DNA of 48,275 nucleotides from Emiliania huxleyi CCMP1516 (taxonomy: Eukaryota), in contig NW_005201381.1 of the NCBI RefSeq assembly GCF_000372725.1, positions 36,814-85,088 of the forward strand, given 5' to 3'. Position numbers and translations under genes: made by a program. Each line of letters begins with the position of its first letter. Positions within the stretch are counted from its first letter, which is position 1. This document shows positions 1 through 13,761 of the stretch, piece by piece. The notes beneath the pieces are model-generated. The model was not told where the DNA came from and searched no databases. It saw nothing but the letters and a program-made list of their open reading frames with translations.

Positions 1-96
1 TCAAGTCGAAATCGACATGCGAGTCGATCTTTGGCCCCCCAGAGGTACATGCGACGTTTCGGGCGACAACAGCGTTGTGACCGTGAAGTCCCCCCC

Positions 97-279
<183 letters not shown>

Positions 280-360
280 GACCCGGTACCGCGAGCGGGC
301 GGCGGCGGTCGGCGGGCCTCGACGCCCAACTTACAGCGCGCGATGGTGGGGACCGGCTCT

Positions 361-1350
361 CTATCCCGCGCGCGGCGCATCGTCCACTTCCGCTGCGATG
401 GGCTCGAGCGCGCTCGCCCACGTCTCGAACTCCCTCTTGGAGCTGCGGAGCTTGAGCTCGCGCTCGCGCGTCTTGATGGTGAAGCGGTGGACGCCGTCGT
501 CGCGCACCTCCTTGAGGAAGACCTCCGCACCGTCGCAGCGGAGCGAGCCGGCTGGGTGCTCGCCGCGCGCCGCGTCGTCCTCCGTCTTGTAGTAGGAGAG
601 CTCGGCGCCGCCCGCGGGCAGCACGAAGTACCTCCGGTCCCACTTTTGTAGTAGCTTCATCTTGCCGCGCTCCTCGTGCCCGCCCGACTTCTTCTCGAGC
701 CAGCCCCTGGCGCCGGTCCGGACGAGCACGGGCAAGCAGGGCGGGGGGCGCGCAGCGTCGGGGAGCTCCCACGTCGTCTCGTCCGACGGGGTGTGGTGAA
801 AGTAGTGACGGCCAAACTCGTCCGCATACCGAGCCCACCCATTCTCGAGCGGGAGCGGGTCGGCAACCCGCCACTCGTGCGCCTCGCCTGCGGCAGAAAA
901 GGCGCGGCGCATGTACTTTGCAGCGACAAACTCGCGCATGCGTCGGCTCTGGTTGCGGCCGTCTGCGGGCGTCGGCCGCCTAGCCGGTGGCCGCCACTCC
1001 CAGAAGAGAGAAGCGCGTTTGTTTCCCCACGACTCCATGTTGTCGACCCAGTCGTCGTTCCAGTCGTCAGCGGCGCAGCTCTTGACGCGGGAGATGTGCG
1101 TACCCAGAGAGCGATGCAGCCCCGAGCATCCGGCGCAGATGAATACTCCGATCGAGACGGACGCCCACGCCGTCCGGAACTCGACGTCGCCCTCACACTC
1201 GAAGCACTGCTTGTTGTGCGGCTCGCTGAGCAGGCTCTTGAGCCGCTCGGCGTTGCGCGCCTGCTCTTTTGCCGACGCTTTGTGCGTCGAGAGCACGACA
1301 ATCCCGTCGCCGTGCATGACGCTTCGCGGCGACTCACCGCTCGAGGCCAT
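361..1350 (-). CDS. ArfGAP + WW + PH domain protein
   Basis: ArfGAP zinc finger NKQCFEC...WASVSIGVFICAGCSGLHRSLGTHISRVKS; WW motif LENGWARYADEFGRHYFHHTPSDETTWELP; PH domain GWLEKKSG...WDRRYFVL...LSYYK...FTIKT...WASAL. First ATG at 1350. A short in-frame intron near 1278-1337 is possible. Confidence 0.9.
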   Translation of the reverse strand: MASSGESPRSVMHGDGIVVLSTHKASAKEQARNAERLKSLLSEPHNKQCFECEGDVEFRTAWASVSIGVFICAGCSGLHRSLGTHISRVKSCAADDWNDDWVDNMESWGNKRASLFWEWRPPARRPTPADGRNQSRRMREFVAAKYMRRAFSAAGEAHEWRVADPLPLENGWARYADEFGRHYFHHTPSDETTWELPDAARPPPCLPVLVRTGARGWLEKKSGGHEERGKMKLLQKWDRRYFVLPAGGAELSYYKTEDDAARGEHPAGSLRCDGAEVFLKEVRDDGVHRFTIKTRERELKLRSSKREFETWASALEPIAAEVDDAPRAG

Positions 1351-1580
1351 CCTGCGGAGCACCTTGGCAGCAAAAGCGATCGACTTTCGCGCAGACACGC
1401 CTGAAAAGAATTTTTTACACCCCTAGTTTCTCACGACAATATGGGGCGTGCCGAGAGAGATCCCCTGTGCCCTGTGCCCAGCCCTCTCCGCGCCGCGATG
1501 CACCCTCCCCCTCGCTTTTGCAAAATCCTGCAAAGGTGGGGACGTGTCTGTACTGACTACTGTCCTCGACCCAGCCCTAG

Positions 1581-1668
1581 CTTGGGATGTCCGTTTTATT
1601 TCTTTATTTGTTTATGGGCGTGCCGTCCTCCCATCCCTCCTTTGGGTTGTTTGCTTTCTTTCTTTTTT
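1581..1668 (+). mobile_element. Dispersed repeat, putative non-LTR retroelement 3' tail (two partial copies)
   Basis: GGCGTGCCGTCCTCCCATCCCTCC..TGGGTTGT..(TTTC)n matches the reverse complement of copies at 7296-7337, 9743-9833 and 9850-9942. Confidence 0.6.
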
Positions 1669-2368
1669 CCGGGGCACGGGACTGGCGCGCACTCGTGGCA
1701 CTAACACAGAGAAGAATTTTCTCAAGACTTCCTCCTCAAAAGAACTTACGGCGGTGGGAATTCTAGCGGGTACAGCAAGTAGCGGCGCGCCAACACACGC
1801 CAGCCAGCGTAGTGGTCCGTAGACTCGACAAGACAAAATTCTCCCTACTCGGCGTCGGCTCTGGGCCGGCGCGGGGGCCCCAGAGGGTGTCCATGCGGGG
1901 GGGAGATGGGGTCCGATGGCCCGCCGCCGATTTTTGCAGTTTTTCCGAACGTCCTCACTTTGAACATTTTACGGATCATGGTCGGATCAGGGGCGGAACA
2001 TGGTCTGGAAATTCCCTAGGTGCCGCCGCCGCTGACCGCTGTTCGAGCACGGTCGGATCAGGTCGGTCGATCAGGTCGGAACAGGGTCACAGTATTCGGA
2101 GTGTTCACGGCCTCTGCAGCCAGCATGTTTGAGAGACTACTTTATGTATCGTCGAGCGAGCGGACGAGCTCGGACCACTGCCAGACCACTGCCACCACCT
2201 GCCCCCAAAGTACAAAAAAGAAAGAAAACACGCCACCCAAAAGTACACAGACAACCCATCAAGCAGCGTAATTCTTTTCTTCGCTGCTCGGCGGCCATCA
2301 CCTTTGGGCTGCCCTCTTATCTTTGCAACGCGCCCGCAGCCGGACGACCAAACAACCCCATTTGCGAG

Positions 2369-5058
<2,690 letters not shown>

Positions 5059-6231
5059 GCTGCCATCCTGCGGCTCTTTGGCGAGGAGGCGTGAGGGCTC
5101 GGGGGCGGGGGCGGGAAGGGGGGGGGGGGTCTGGAGGAGGGCAGAGGGGAGGAGGGCTTAGGGGTGGAGGGCTTATTAGGGGAGGAGGGCTTATTAGGGG
5201 AGGAGGCGGGTTCAGGTCCCAGGGGGGGAGGGCATAGGGGAGGAGGGGGAGTGGAGGCCGTCACAACTAGTCCCCAATAGCAGCGCCGTCCTTTGGGTCG
5301 CCGTCCCGCGCCCCCTCCTCTGCTGGCCGGCCTCGCTCCCCGCCGGCGACCTCGTCCAACCGCAGCCGCGCTCTGACGTCTTGCAGAGTGCGGTATTTGC
5401 GAGGCTTGGCATAGGCCGAAGGCCCCGGAATGAGCGTACGGGCTGCGCGGCCTCCGTTCGTTTGCTTCCATGTTCGCAGCGCGCCGGCGCGAAGCTCGAC
5501 GACGAGCGACCGTGCGGGCGTTGCTGCTGGCGTCGGTTTTTGAAGATCACGCGGACGGAGTGTCGAGATACGTACGCGTGATCCAGTTTCTTATAATTTC
5601 GTTTATCGGCCAAAGGCTTCGAATTCTTTTTCCTTCGCGGCAACGCGATGGCGGCAAGGCCTCTTTGCGCGCCCGCCTCGTCACGCAGAAGACCAACGGG
5701 CGTCGGACCGCGGTGAGACCGCGCCGCCCTCCGCGCCCGCCCGCGCCCGCAGCGTGAACACATACGCGCGTCCCTCGCCGCACGGAAACATACGCGCCAG
5801 CCGCGCACACAGCCTCACATGCAGCGCAGACCGCATGCCCGCGCCCTGGGCCGCCGACGACCCGGTCGGGCGGGCTGAGCGGCCGCCGCACACCACCAGG
5901 CAGGCGCGCGACCACCCACAGCACGCCGCAGCCCACCGCGCAGCCCTGCCAGCCAAGCCTGCGCCTCCCAGCTGCACAAACAGGGCGCACAACAGAATAC
6001 AGCACACAGCACACACCGGCGGCGCGCGCGCAGCACACGCAGACGCGCGCGCGACCGCAACACGCACACGTACACAGCACGCGCGCGTCGCACGCCAGCG
6101 CAGCGCCACACACAGAGCACACTTCCCATCAGCAGCAGCAGCCTGCCACAATCCACATCTCACACACGCGCGCACACACTCCCCCCTACCGGCGCACGCA
6201 TTGGGCGTCGCCGAGAGCTCCCAAAGCTGAC

Positions 6232-6348
6232 TTGTGTGGCTGCTTGTGCTGCCTGCTCATGAGCACGCTGCGCAGGCGGCCACACAGCCAGAACCTCGCT
6301 TGTATGGCTGCTTGTGCTGCCTGCTTGGCAGCACAAGCAGCCACACAA
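6232..6348. repeat. 117-bp hairpin/MITE-like element with perfect 22-bp inverted repeats
   Basis: TTGTGTGGCTGCTTGTGCTGCC (6232-6253) and its reverse complement (6327-6348), plus an internal direct copy near 6300. No TSD seen. Confidence 0.6.
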
Positions 6349-6477
6349 CATCCCGCTTCATCTCGCCTCCTAGTCTCGCCTCATCTGGCCTCATCTGCGC
6401 CTCCATGCGGTCATCTCGCCTCATCCTCGCCCCATTTTTTTTCTTTTCTAGACCACTCCGAGACCGACCCGCCCAAG

Positions 6478-6580
6478 ACCGACCCGAGACCCGAGATCGA
6501 CCCGAGATCGACCCGAGATCGACCCGAGATCGACCCGAGTCCCGAGTGCCGAGATCGACCCGAGATCGACCCGAGATCGG
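6478..6580 (+). repeat. (GAGATCGACCC)n 11-bp satellite
   Basis: Visible tandem repeat. Confidence 0.9.
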
Positions 6581-8326
6581 CACAAGCGATCAACCCAAAA
6601 ATGCCCCAGAGCCCCCTCCGGGGGGACCCCCCCTCACCCCGAGTGTCCGTGTCCTTCGCGAGTCACCGATGGGGAGCGGGGGGGGGTGCGAGATGCACAG
6701 GGGAGGCTGGGGAGGGGGGGGTCCACTCTGAAGACTGCCGACCGCGGGGGGGTTTTGTCCCACAGGGTTTTACCCTCCGCGTGAGGATCGGCGCGGCGAG
6801 GGGGTACGGACCCGCACCAATAGCTCCACAGGCTGGTGCCCAGGTGCCCCGCCGCATGCGCTGAATGCGAGGCATTCCAGGTCGAACTCCCAGCCGTCAA
6901 TCACCTCGCGAGTGCAGGACTGATCGCCGGGATCCGCAGGCTCCATGACACACACATAGTTTAGTACGTACAAAAGAGAGAACCCATCATCGCGTGTTGT
7001 TTAATAAATTTTACATGGTTACGCGGTATTAAACTAAAAGTACAAAAAACTGGAATGGAAAGGGTCCTCACGACGCGATGTCTGCTCGCATTCTCACACC
7101 TAAAGATACGTCGTACGTCCCTCTTTTCTTCATTCAGTCAGCACGATGTGGGCGCTTTCCGGACCCCAGCGCAGCGTCTCAGATCCGTCCTCTCATGACC
7201 CAATCTGCTCGCCCCTGCCATCTGACGTTGTCGCCGATAACGACGTGGAGATGTGCGACGCGACTGAACAATCCATCTATCTCGCAGGACCAACTAAAGA
7301 AAGAAAGAAAGAAAACGGACAACCCAAGGGAGGGATGTGAGCTGGCCGCTGCGGAGACCTCACCCGCGGCACGTTTGGAGAGGACCAGAATGACGACTAG
7401 CCTTCCATTGAAACCAACCCTCCTTTCCAAAGTCACAAGCTAAAGATGTTCAGACACGGGCCTCCCGGAGGGGGGTACTCTTTAGCTGTACTCTCCCGTA
7501 TGGGAAGCCCCCGGTACTCTCTAGCTGTACTCGCCTGGCAGGGGTTGAATTGATACCCGCTGGGTAGGTCAGCTCGAGGAGCTGTATGTGATCTGTGATC
7601 TGTGAGGGTCCGCCCGCAGGCGCATTTTGTATACCGAGGCGGTGCCCGGTGCCGAACCTGTCGGACCTTAAGACAGCATTGTAGATCCCTGGGCGAGGGT
7701 GGTGGCGTCCCCGTCGGGTCAGGGCTGAAGGCGGGGGAGACCAACCCGATCTCTCCGGCGTCCCGGGAGCGTGATTGACACCTCCCCCCGTGCCGAGGAG
7801 CTGTATGTACCTGAGTCGGGCACTCAAGGCGTACCGCACGGCGGAGAAAAAGGCGGCGGACGAGGATCCGCTAGCTGTGACCCGTGCCACTCTGTCTGTC
7901 TACATCTGCTTGTTTGTTAAACTCGAGTTGTTTGTTTGTCTTCCCGCTCCGGTGAGGCTGTATCAGGGCCCAGGGGCCAGGGGGAGGGGCCCGGTGATGA
8001 GAACACGTTCCGAGCCTAGCTACACACACATTCTGATCCATTCTTTCCCGTTACCTTCCCACTCAGGTGCGAACAGACCTTCAGCTTCACTTCAAATAAA
8101 TCCCGAGCCGAACAAGACCTCTTCGGTATGCTGTTGCGTGTTGGCAATACCTGACAACCTGACTGAGGAAGATCCTCCCACTTTACCACCCCCGACCGAG
8201 GTGCGGCACATCCACAAGTTCGAGGGTTGTTGGGGTGGGTGCGACATAGGTTTTTGAATTGAAGAAACCCTGCAGCCACCCCGACCACCCTGGACGTGAC
8301 GCAACTCGCCTTGGACGGTGGTGTAC

Positions 8327-9268
8327 ATGCTGCAACTCTGGCTCGCAACCGCCGGCATCTCGCGCACGCCGCCGCTGCGCGCTCGCACTCCGCTGGCAAG
8401 CATCGCTGAGTCGGCGAGCGTTCACTCGCCGCTCGCCTCCTCTGCGCTCACCGCCGTCTCCTGCCACCCGGTGGTGACACGCAACGAGTACTGCTCGTGG
8501 TTTGCAAAGGGCGAGGCCACTGACGAGCAGGTCAAGGACCTGGTCGTTCAGTTCTCCGTCTTCTCCAACCTCTTCCTCCTCGCCCAACTGAACAAGGTCA
8601 TCAACTCGCCGACGCTGGAGGGCGCACGCGAGGGCAAGGAGATCCTCGCCAACGAGATTGGGGTCGTCTTCAAGCCAAAGAAGCAGAAGACGGCCGAGCT
8701 GGCGCGCGAGGCGGCCGCCAAGGGCTTCGATCCGAGCGTCGTCGGTGTCACCGGCTCTGTCGAGGGCGGAGTCTTCTCGCACCGCGCCGCCCACTTCGAG
8801 TGGCTCTGCGACGTCGGCAAGGACATGGGGCTGAGCTTTGACCAGCTGGGCAAGCGGCGCCACGGATCGGAGGCGACGCTCCACTTTTGCGACGCGCTGT
8901 ACCGCATCTACGGCTCCGAGGACCTGTCCACCGCGCTCGGCGCCTCCTTTGCCATCGAGCACTGGGCCAACGCCGGCTTTTGGGACCAGCTGATCGAGGG
9001 GTTCGAGCTGCTGAACGCCAAGCGGCCGGCGGGGGCGAAGCGGTACCCAATGGGCTTCTGGCGCTTCCACCAGGCCCTCGAGGCGCAGCACGCCGCGCAC
9101 ACGATGGACGAGCTCGAGGAGGCCATCGAGGACGGGCTCATCTCGGACGAGGTCCGCTTCCGGCAGGCGGCGCACGAGATGCTGGACGCGTGCTCCATCT
9201 TCTGGGAGGGCCTCGAGGCGAGCCGCCAGGGCCGCCCGTACTCGGTGACCACGCTCAAGGCGCGCTAG
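8327..9268 (+). CDS. Heme-oxygenase-like diiron oxidase / iron-containing redox enzyme (PqqC/CADD/TenA-like fold), probable plastid-targeting presequence
   Basis: Intronless GC3-biased ORF. Candidate metal ligands ILANE...AAH, AIEHW and FWRFHQALEAQH (H-x3-E-x2-H). N-terminus MLQLWLATAG followed by an Arg/Ser/Pro-rich stretch resembles a bipartite signal + transit peptide. Confidence 0.75.
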   Translation: MLQLWLATAGISRTPPLRARTPLASIAESASVHSPLASSALTAVSCHPVVTRNEYCSWFAKGEATDEQVKDLVVQFSVFSNLFLLAQLNKVINSPTLEGAREGKEILANEIGVVFKPKKQKTAELAREAAAKGFDPSVVGVTGSVEGGVFSHRAAHFEWLCDVGKDMGLSFDQLGKRRHGSEATLHFCDALYRIYGSEDLSTALGASFAIEHWANAGFWDQLIEGFELLNAKRPAGAKRYPMGFWRFHQALEAQHAAHTMDELEEAIEDGLISDEVRFRQAAHEMLDACSIFWEGLEASRQGRPYSVTTLKAR

Positions 9269-9742
9269 TCGCGCTCCCGCCGCACCTGCGGCCCGGCCGG
9301 CGAAGGTCGCACCTGCAAGCATCAAAGCGCGCGCTTAGCAGAGGGCGCCGGTGCCCGCCTCGCCTGCGGAAGAGAAGAAGCGCACGGAGCTCTGGGATGT
9401 CGATAAGAGCAAAGGCTTGCACCGAGCGCGGGAGGCGTTCCTGTGCCACTGTGTGCGTGAAGGAAGCGTGGGAGCTCTCGTGGCAGGGCCAGCTGGGGAG
9501 AGAGTACCCGGTCGACGGTGGGGAGAGACCGACCGCGGGAGCGAGGTCCGAGGAGTGGTCGGTGCAACGAGAGAGTCGTGATATGCGGGAGCGGATGCGA
9601 AGCAGCGGCTTGGTGAGCGGAGCGGAGGAGTGCGAAGAGTCGAGCGTTGCAGTGTTGTGCGAGGGCTAACGAAAGAAAGGGAGCGTGGGAACCGGGCTCG
9701 CTGTTTTTTGGAATTTGGTGTGGCATTTGGAGGGCGCGCCGC

Positions 9743-10540
9743 AGAAAGAAAGAAAGAAAACACACAAAAGGCAGGGATGGGAGGACGGCACGCCGCCACC
9801 ACACAGGAATTTTAAGGAGAGGGGTGTGGTGCGTCGCCCATCCTAACCCAAGAAAGAAAGAAAACGGACAACCCCCAAGGGAGGGATGGGAGGACGGCAC
9901 GCCGCCACCACACAGGGATTTTAAGGAGAGGGGTGTGGTGCGCTAGCCGTCGCCCACCCTTGGGCGTCTGCCTCTTCCTATCTCTCTTCGCAGTCTCTCG
10001 CCGATTCTCGCTGCAACCTTCATGCCACCTCGCGGTCGTCCCACTCTCGTCGTTCTCCCTCCTGTCGCTTCTTCCTCTGTCGCGTCGCCCTCCTCTGCCT
10101 CGTCCTGCGACGCCGCCGCCGCCTGCCGCTCCCTTGCTCTCGCGGCTTCTCTCGCCTTTCGTCGCAGCTCTGCCCTCCTCGCGGCATATTTTGGCCCCTC
10201 GTTGTTGTCGAGTTTATCGAGCTCTCCTCGCGCAAGGACGACTCTTCTGACGCCCACTGCGATCATCTGCCGCCAACCAAGTCATATCGTTGCTCAGGTC
10301 CACTCTCTCTTCGAACACTTGTACCTCCACGAATGATGCTGGCGCTGGGGTCCCCTTCGGGTGTATCGTGACAGCTGACGACGGGATTACCACAGGTGTT
10401 TCGTCCTCCTCGGAGTCTTCTTCCCCGGCTTCCTCCCGTTCGGCTCTACGTTCAGCGTGGCTCACCCTCCATGCCGTGAACAGGCGCTTTATCCACCCTA
10501 TATTCTTCTCTCTCTCTCCTACTGCTGGGCGATGCGCCTG
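9743..10540 (-). mobile_element. 5'-truncated LINE-like remnant: frameshifted ORF C-terminus, ~95-bp 3' UTR and (TTTC)n tail, with a second tail copy in tandem
   Basis: Charged ORF fragments 10214-10591 and 9943-10266 end at a TAG at 9943, directly followed by the dispersed repeat. The repeat occurs twice in tandem (9850-9942, 9743-9833). No RT domain is present. Confidence 0.5.
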
Positions 10541-10599
10541 ACTCGAGTGTAGAGGGCAGAGAGAGAGGTGCCCACCCGCCGCCCTCCGCACCGTTCCAG

Positions 10600-10926
10600 C
10601 GCCGCGAGGTCGATCGCCTCCGCAGCGGAGGGGAGCGGGCGCGGCACGCCCTGCGGCTCGCGGGGGAGGACCCGTCCAACCTCCCGCCCCTGGATTACGG
10701 CGAGGTCGACGCCTCCTTCAAGCTGGGCGAGCTCGGCTGCTGGTGCGACACCGACCGCCACCTGCCGACCAGCGGCGTGCAGTTTGAGGGCGTGTGGATC
10801 ACCTGCGACGCCTGCGATCGATGGTGCCACGCCGAGTGTGCCGGGCAGGAGAGCGGCCTCTACATGTGCCCGCCCTGCCTCGAGCAGGGCGAGGAGGAGG
10901 AGGAGCACGATGGCAAACCGGTGTAG
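10600..10926 (+). pseudogene. Orphan terminal exon encoding a PHD finger
   Basis: Not in the ORF track. After acceptor TTCCAG it reads RREVDRL...GCWCDTDRH...WITCDACDRWCHAECAG...YMCPPC...KPV*, a C4HC3 pattern. No upstream exons recognised. Confidence 0.75.
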
Positions 10927-11839
10927 AGCGAAGTCGCCTCTATTTGTCACTCGCCATGCGCGTCCTTGGCTGACCCTCCAAAACTCCCTCCCCGCCGTTC
11001 GCGGCTCGGCTTACGTATGCGGGTGGGAGCTTCGAGGACATGCAGGCGTCCCACCCCCTCCGGCCATCCCCCCGGCTCCCAAGCGCGCGGCCGCGACGCG
11101 CTGCGCACCCTCTTCCGCGCTGCACCCGCTCTTGGCACGGCCGTCGTCCGCCGAGATCACCTCCTCTTCGCGCCGCAGGTGCACAACCAAGGGCTGGCCA
11201 CCTCCGTATCCATCATGGTGAAGCCAATGGGCCAAAAAGGGAGAACGCTCCCCTCCCAGGTGGCCGGAGGGTACACCTCGGGTCGGCGTGCTGGGGGGGG
11301 CGCCGGTGCGCAAGCCCACTTTCCGGGCGACCCCGAGGGGGAGGAGGCCGGGCGAGTGGCAGCAATTCACTGTTAGTGTCCCGGGCCGCTGCGGTACCGT
11401 TTATACGGCCCCTCGTGACGTCTTTCCGATTTTGCATTGTGAGTCGTCCTCTGGCCAGCCGAGGGGCACCAGAACGGCATGTGTACTGGTGCTGGGTGCG
11501 GGTGCGGAACGGGCTTTTTTTAACTCGCAACCAAGCATACTATACAAGGACACCCTCGGGGGGGACACTCGGCGCATGTGCGACGCGTCAGGGTGGAGTT
11601 GGCGGTGGCCGAGCGTCGTCTCCAGATCGACTCGCAGCGCGGAGTCGAGGGGTGAAGCGCGTCGCGCTGCGACACTCGAGAGCCGGCTGGATGGCCGTAG
11701 GGCGCAGCCGACTTTGATGTCCTCGAAGGTCCGGTGCGCATTCGTCCTCTGAGACCCACGCGTACAGGAAAGGGGCGAGAACGAGGCCTTTTGCGGCGGA
11801 CATTTTGGGGCGCGCATCCGCAAGCGCGTTCCACACAGT

Positions 11840-12120
11840 GAGGAGGAGGCTCCGGTAGCGGAGGCGGAGGGGCTGAAGCTGCACCCCCCGGTGAAGCCCA
11901 ACAGCACTGGGTACAAGGGCGTGCACAAGCAGGTGTGTGGAGGTTTCCAGGCGCAGCACACCGTGGACGGCAGGAGCGTCTCCATCGGCACCTTCGCCAC
12001 GGCGGTGGAGGCTCCTCTCCAGCAGCAGCACCGGGTACAAGGGCGTGTACAGCTCCTCTGGCCGCTTCCAGGCGAAGCACATGGTGGACGGAAGGACGGT
12101 CGTCTTCAATTCCTTCAACA
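11840..12120 (+). pseudogene. Degenerate tandem AP2-like DNA-binding domain fragment
   Basis: AEAEGLKLH...STGYKGV...FQAQ...IGTFATAVEA, then an out-of-frame second unit SSTGYKGVYSSSGRFQAKH that is truncated. Confidence 0.7.
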
Positions 12121-12317
12121 AGCTCGTAGCCTTCTTTCTGCCAGTTTATGTGTCTCTGGGGCGCCCCCTCTGTCGAGAGAGAGAGTGTGAGCGAGCGAGC
12201 GAGCGAGTGAGCGAGCGAGGGAGGGAGGGAGGGGAAAGAAAGAAAGAACATAGAGGGACGTGTTTTTCTTCTTTCTAGCGAAGCCGAACCAGATCCACTT
12301 TAGCGACCGGTGCTGGC

Positions 12318-12481
12318 GCGTCGTCGCTGTGTCGGCTGGAGGCATCCACAGCCTCGCCCTCACCGCCGATGGGGCTATCTTTGCCTGGGGCAAGGGTGAG
12401 ACCGGCTGCCTAGGCCACGGAGAGGACCTGACGAGCCAGCTGCTGCCCAAGAAGGTTGAGGCGTGGCCCGCATCCTCTTGA
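12318..12481 (+). pseudogene. Single RCC1-repeat fragment
   Basis: RVVAVSAGGIHSLALTADGAIFAWGKGETGCLGHGEDLTSQLLPKKVEAW is a canonical RCC1 repeat. The rest of the gene is absent. Confidence 0.8.
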
Positions 12482-12824
12482 CTCTCAGACAATCGCCCCG
12501 GCGGTGACAGAAGCGAGAAGGCGGGCCGGCGGCGCTGGAAGCTGGCGCTGAGTTGGAGAGAACACACCCCGCATATGCATATGTTCTGAGGTCACAGTAT
12601 GGGTTCGGCACCTGTTCACAGCAGTGTGAAGGTAGGGGATGAAAAAAAGAAACCTTATCCGTATGGATTTCTCTTTTCGCCCGCCGAGGAGAAGAAATCC
12701 AGGCTGGCTAACTCCCTCGAGCGTAGATCGTCTCTCTTCGGCGCGCTCGAGCACGTTTGGCACCAAGAGGCTTTGATTCTTACGACCCTCACCCGCCAAG
12801 GCAGGGGTGTGCACTCTGCTAGTA

Positions 12825-13527
12825 CTTGCTGCGGGGAGGGCGAGACGGAGGAAGGCAGCGGCGACGGCGACACGGACGGAGGCGGCGACGGCGACACGGA
12901 CGGAGGCGGCGACGGCGACACGGACGGAGGCGGCGAAAGCGAGACCGATGGCGGCGACGGCGACGGCAAGCGAGCTTGCTGCGGGGAGGGCGAGACGGAG
13001 GAAGGCAGCGGCGACGGCGACACGGACGGAGGCGGCGAAGGCGACACGACCGAGATTCCAACGGCGGCGGCGGCGACGGCGACAAGGACAGAGGCGGCGA
13101 AAGCGAGACCGACGGCGGCGACGGCGACGGCGACATGGAGAGGCGGCAAAGGTGAGATCGGCGGCGGGGATGGCGAAACGGAGGAAGGCAGCGGCGACGG
13201 CGACACGGACGGAGGCGGCGAAGGCGACACGGACGGATCCGAGGCGGCGACGGCGACACGGACGGCGGAGCGGCGACACCGACACGGAAGAAGGCGACGG
13301 CGAGACCGACGGCACGGCGGGGAGGGTGAGGGCGGCAGCGGGGAGGAGTGCGGCGGCAACGGCAGCGGCGAGGGCGGCGGCGACGGCGGAGGAGAGAGCG
13401 GCGGAGAGGGCGGTGGAGAAGGCCGCGGGGAGGGTGGCGGAGAGGGCGGTGGAGGCGAGGGCGGCGGCGACGGCGGAGGAGAGCGCGGAGGCGACAGTGG
13501 CGGAGAGGGCGGCGAGGAGGGTGGCGA
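12825..13527. repeat. Composite low-complexity repeat (GGCGACGGCGACACGGACGGA-type units and GGC/GAG runs; Pro-Ser on the minus strand)
   Basis: Repeated 24-bp units inside larger ~150-bp duplications, open in several frames on both strands. Confidence 0.75.
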
Positions 13528-13761
13528 AATCGCAATAATTCACCTGCGGGAACCGGGAATTCAGAGATGCAGCGCAAATCTATCGCGGCGCACTCGCTCG
13601 CCATCTGTGAGCCAAGCGCAGCGCGAACTCGCCGTCTGAGCCTCGCGCAGCGCGAACTCGCTCTGAGCCTAGCGCAGCGCCTCGGAAAACACCATTTTGG
13701 CCCTCCAAGCCCGGTTTTTTTTTCTTTCCAGCGAAGTCCACCCAGATTCATTTTCGCCAGG

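Noticed and set aside
5200..8270. Numerous short ORFs (e.g. 6770-6973, 7775-8257)
   Set aside because: No recognisable motifs or codon bias; low-complexity or intergenic sequence.
8183..9325. 380-aa minus-strand ORF
   Set aside because: Antisense shadow of the GC3-biased HDO gene.
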